A stretch of DNA of 64,000 nt from Octopus bimaculoides (lineage: Eukaryota): assembly GCF_001194135.2 (NCBI RefSeq), contig NC_068987.1, positions 105,466,830 through 105,530,829 of the forward strand, given 5' to 3'. A program made the translations under genes and the position numbers. The notes beneath the pieces were generated by a model that saw only the letters and a program-made list of their open reading frames with translations, did no database searches and was not told the origin of the DNA. Position 1 is the stretch's first letter, and each line of letters opens with the position of its first letter. Below, in pieces: positions 61,809 to 64,000 of the stretch.

Positions 61809-63186
61809 ATTATTGATATTGATGTTGTTGTTGGTGGTGGTAATGGAGTTTATAATAGATGCGGCATTGGGAGTCAAGGAGGTGTTGGTCGTTAATGATG
61901 CTAGTGGTGATGTTATTGTTGTTGTTGGCGGGGGGTGTAAGGTGCTGGCAATGATGATGATGGTAGTGGTGGTGGGTGGTGAAGCAAGTGGTGTTGATCA
62001 CAATGGCTATGTCGATTACCTTGGTGATGATTCGCGGCAGATTGCGTTTCAGAGGTGATAGCTGTAATTACGACGCCGGAGGTAGTTGCGGCGGCTCTGG
62101 TTCAATGGGAGTGGTAGCTCTTTTGTAGTGGCGGTAGTGGTGATTAGTGTTGATGGTAAGAGACAGTGGTATGCTGGCGGTGGCAGCGGTGATGCTATTC
62201 AAAATGGCAGTCATTGTTATGTTGGTAGGATGATAGTGATGCTGGAGGTGGTGTAGTGACNNNNNNNNNNNNNNNNNNNNNNNNNNNNNNNNNNNNNNNN
62301 NNNNNNNNNNNNNNNNNNNNNNNNNNNNNNNNNNNNNNNNNNNNNNNNNNNNNNNNNNNNNNNNNNNNNNNNNNNNNNNNNNNNNNNNNNNNNNNNNNNN
62401 NNNNNNNNNNNNNNNNNNNNNNNNNNNNNNNNNNNNNNNNNNNNNNNNNNNNNNNNNNNNNNNNNNNNNNNNNNNNNNNNNNNNNNNNNNNNNNNNNNNN
62501 NNNNNNNNNNNNNNNNNNNNNNNNNNNNNNNNNNNNNNNNNNNNNNNNNNNNNNNNNNNNNNNNNNNNNNNNNNNNNNNNNNNNNNNNNNNNNNNNNNNN
62601 NNNNNNNNNNNNNNNNNNNNNNNNNNNNNNNNNNNNNNNNNNNNNNNNNNNNNNNNNNNNNNNNNNNNNNNNNNNNNNNNNNNNNNNNNNNNNNNNNNNN
62701 NNNNNNNNNNNNNNNNNNNNNNNNNNNNNNNNNNNNNNNNNNNNNNNNNNNNNNNNNNNNNNNNNNNNNNNNNNNNNNNNNNNNNNNNNNNNNNNNNNNN
62801 NNNNNNNNNNNNNNNNNNNNNNNNNNNNNNNNNNNNNNNNNNNNNNNNNNNNNNNNNNNNNNNNNNNNNNNNNNNNNNNNNNNNNNNNNNNNNNNNNNNN
62901 NNNNNNNNNNNNNNNNNNNNNNNNNNNNNNNNNNNNNNNNNNNNNNNNNNNNNNNNNNNNNNNNNNNNNNNNNNNNNNNNNNNNNNNNNNNNNNNNNNNN
63001 NNNNNNNNNNNNNNNNNNNNNNNNNNNNNNNNNNNNNNNNNNNNNNNNNNNNNNNNNNNNNNNNNNNNNNNNNNNNNNNNNNNNNNNNNNNNNNNNNNNN
63101 NNNNNNNNNNNNNNNNNNNNNNNNNNNNNNNNNNNNNNNNNNNNNNNNNNNNNNNNNNNNNNNNNNNNNNNNNNNNNNNNNNNNNN

Positions 63187-63225
<39 letters not shown>

Positions 63226-63348
63226 GCTTGTGTGTGTGTATATATGCATATATATGTATATATCTATATATACATATCTATATATATACATATGCATATA
63301 TATGTATATATATTTATGTCTATATATATATTTATGCTTGTGTGCGTG

Positions 63349-63380
<32 letters not shown>

Positions 63381-64000
63381 CACATATATATGTATATATA
63401 TGCACACACACATATGCACACATATGGTACATAGGAATGTATGTGTGTGTATGTATATGTGCGCGTGAATGTGTGTACGGGAGTGTATGTACATAGATTT
63501 TTACGTTTTTGAGTTCGTATATATGTATACGTATATGAATGTGCTTACGTATGTGAATACGTGCATATGTACATAGTTGTAAGCGCTTGTAAGTAAATGT
63601 GTATGTGTACTTTTGTGTGCATATGTGTAGTAAAAGCATGTGTATGCGTGCATGTGTGTGTTTCCATGTGGAATGGGATGCAGGGGAAGTGTAACGGCAC
63701 TTCCCTCACTCAACACCCATAATAACTTTCTCCAACTTAATTTCCCTAACTGACGTTCGAATTTCACTTGTAAGCGCCAGTCATCCTGGGAAGCCATCGA
63801 GCGGAAAATCTCACTACCTACCCACCGACTCACTTCTCCTAAAGGCAGATATTGTTTTTTTATTTTTTTTTATTTTCCTTCTCGATACATCTCTGTCCGA
63901 TTAATATGGTCTTCCTCACTTCTATTCTCTTTCTATCTTGTATCCTTCAAACTCTTCTTAGCTTTATCCCTTAAACTAATACTCTCTCTCTCTCACCCTC

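Larger units (their letters stand above)
60530..62260. repeat. GGT/GAT/GTT triplet low-complexity region
   Basis: Degenerate triplet runs with stops in all frames, interrupted by SINEs. Confidence 0.85.

Noticed and set aside
63501-63833. 110-aa minus-strand ORF
   Set aside because: The second half is microsatellite-derived; the first half has no recognisable domain.

Overview
Eukaryotic, AT-rich, very microsatellite-rich DNA with about 14 N-gaps, most of them abutting microsatellites. The SINE families present point to an octopus genome (inference from repeat content, not from a search). I found no intact host protein-coding gene, and almost every ORF in the supplied track is a microsatellite or N-run artefact. 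The window is a patchwork of transposable elements: about 45 copies or fragments of at least five SINE-like families (my labels A-E), a 5'-truncated, decayed R4/Dong-type RLE non-LTR retrotransposon ending in (TAA)n (7745-9550), an internally deleted Helitron with a recognisable 3' hairpin/CTAA end (about 22850-24650), several MITE-like foldbacks and a pogo-like MITE. The most interesting signal is a tRNA-headed SINE-like element whose tail carries a minimal Penelope-type hammerhead ribozyme core (CTGATGA-a-helix II-GAAAC-GTT), present as a 414-bp inverted duplication at 57011-57424. Related observations are other hammerhead-like segments (2880-2909, 7610-7672, 35640-35700), a possible Penelope RT relic (27570-27860) and a second tRNA-headed foldback (12772-13112). 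Boundaries of decayed copies are approximate, within about 10-20 bp.
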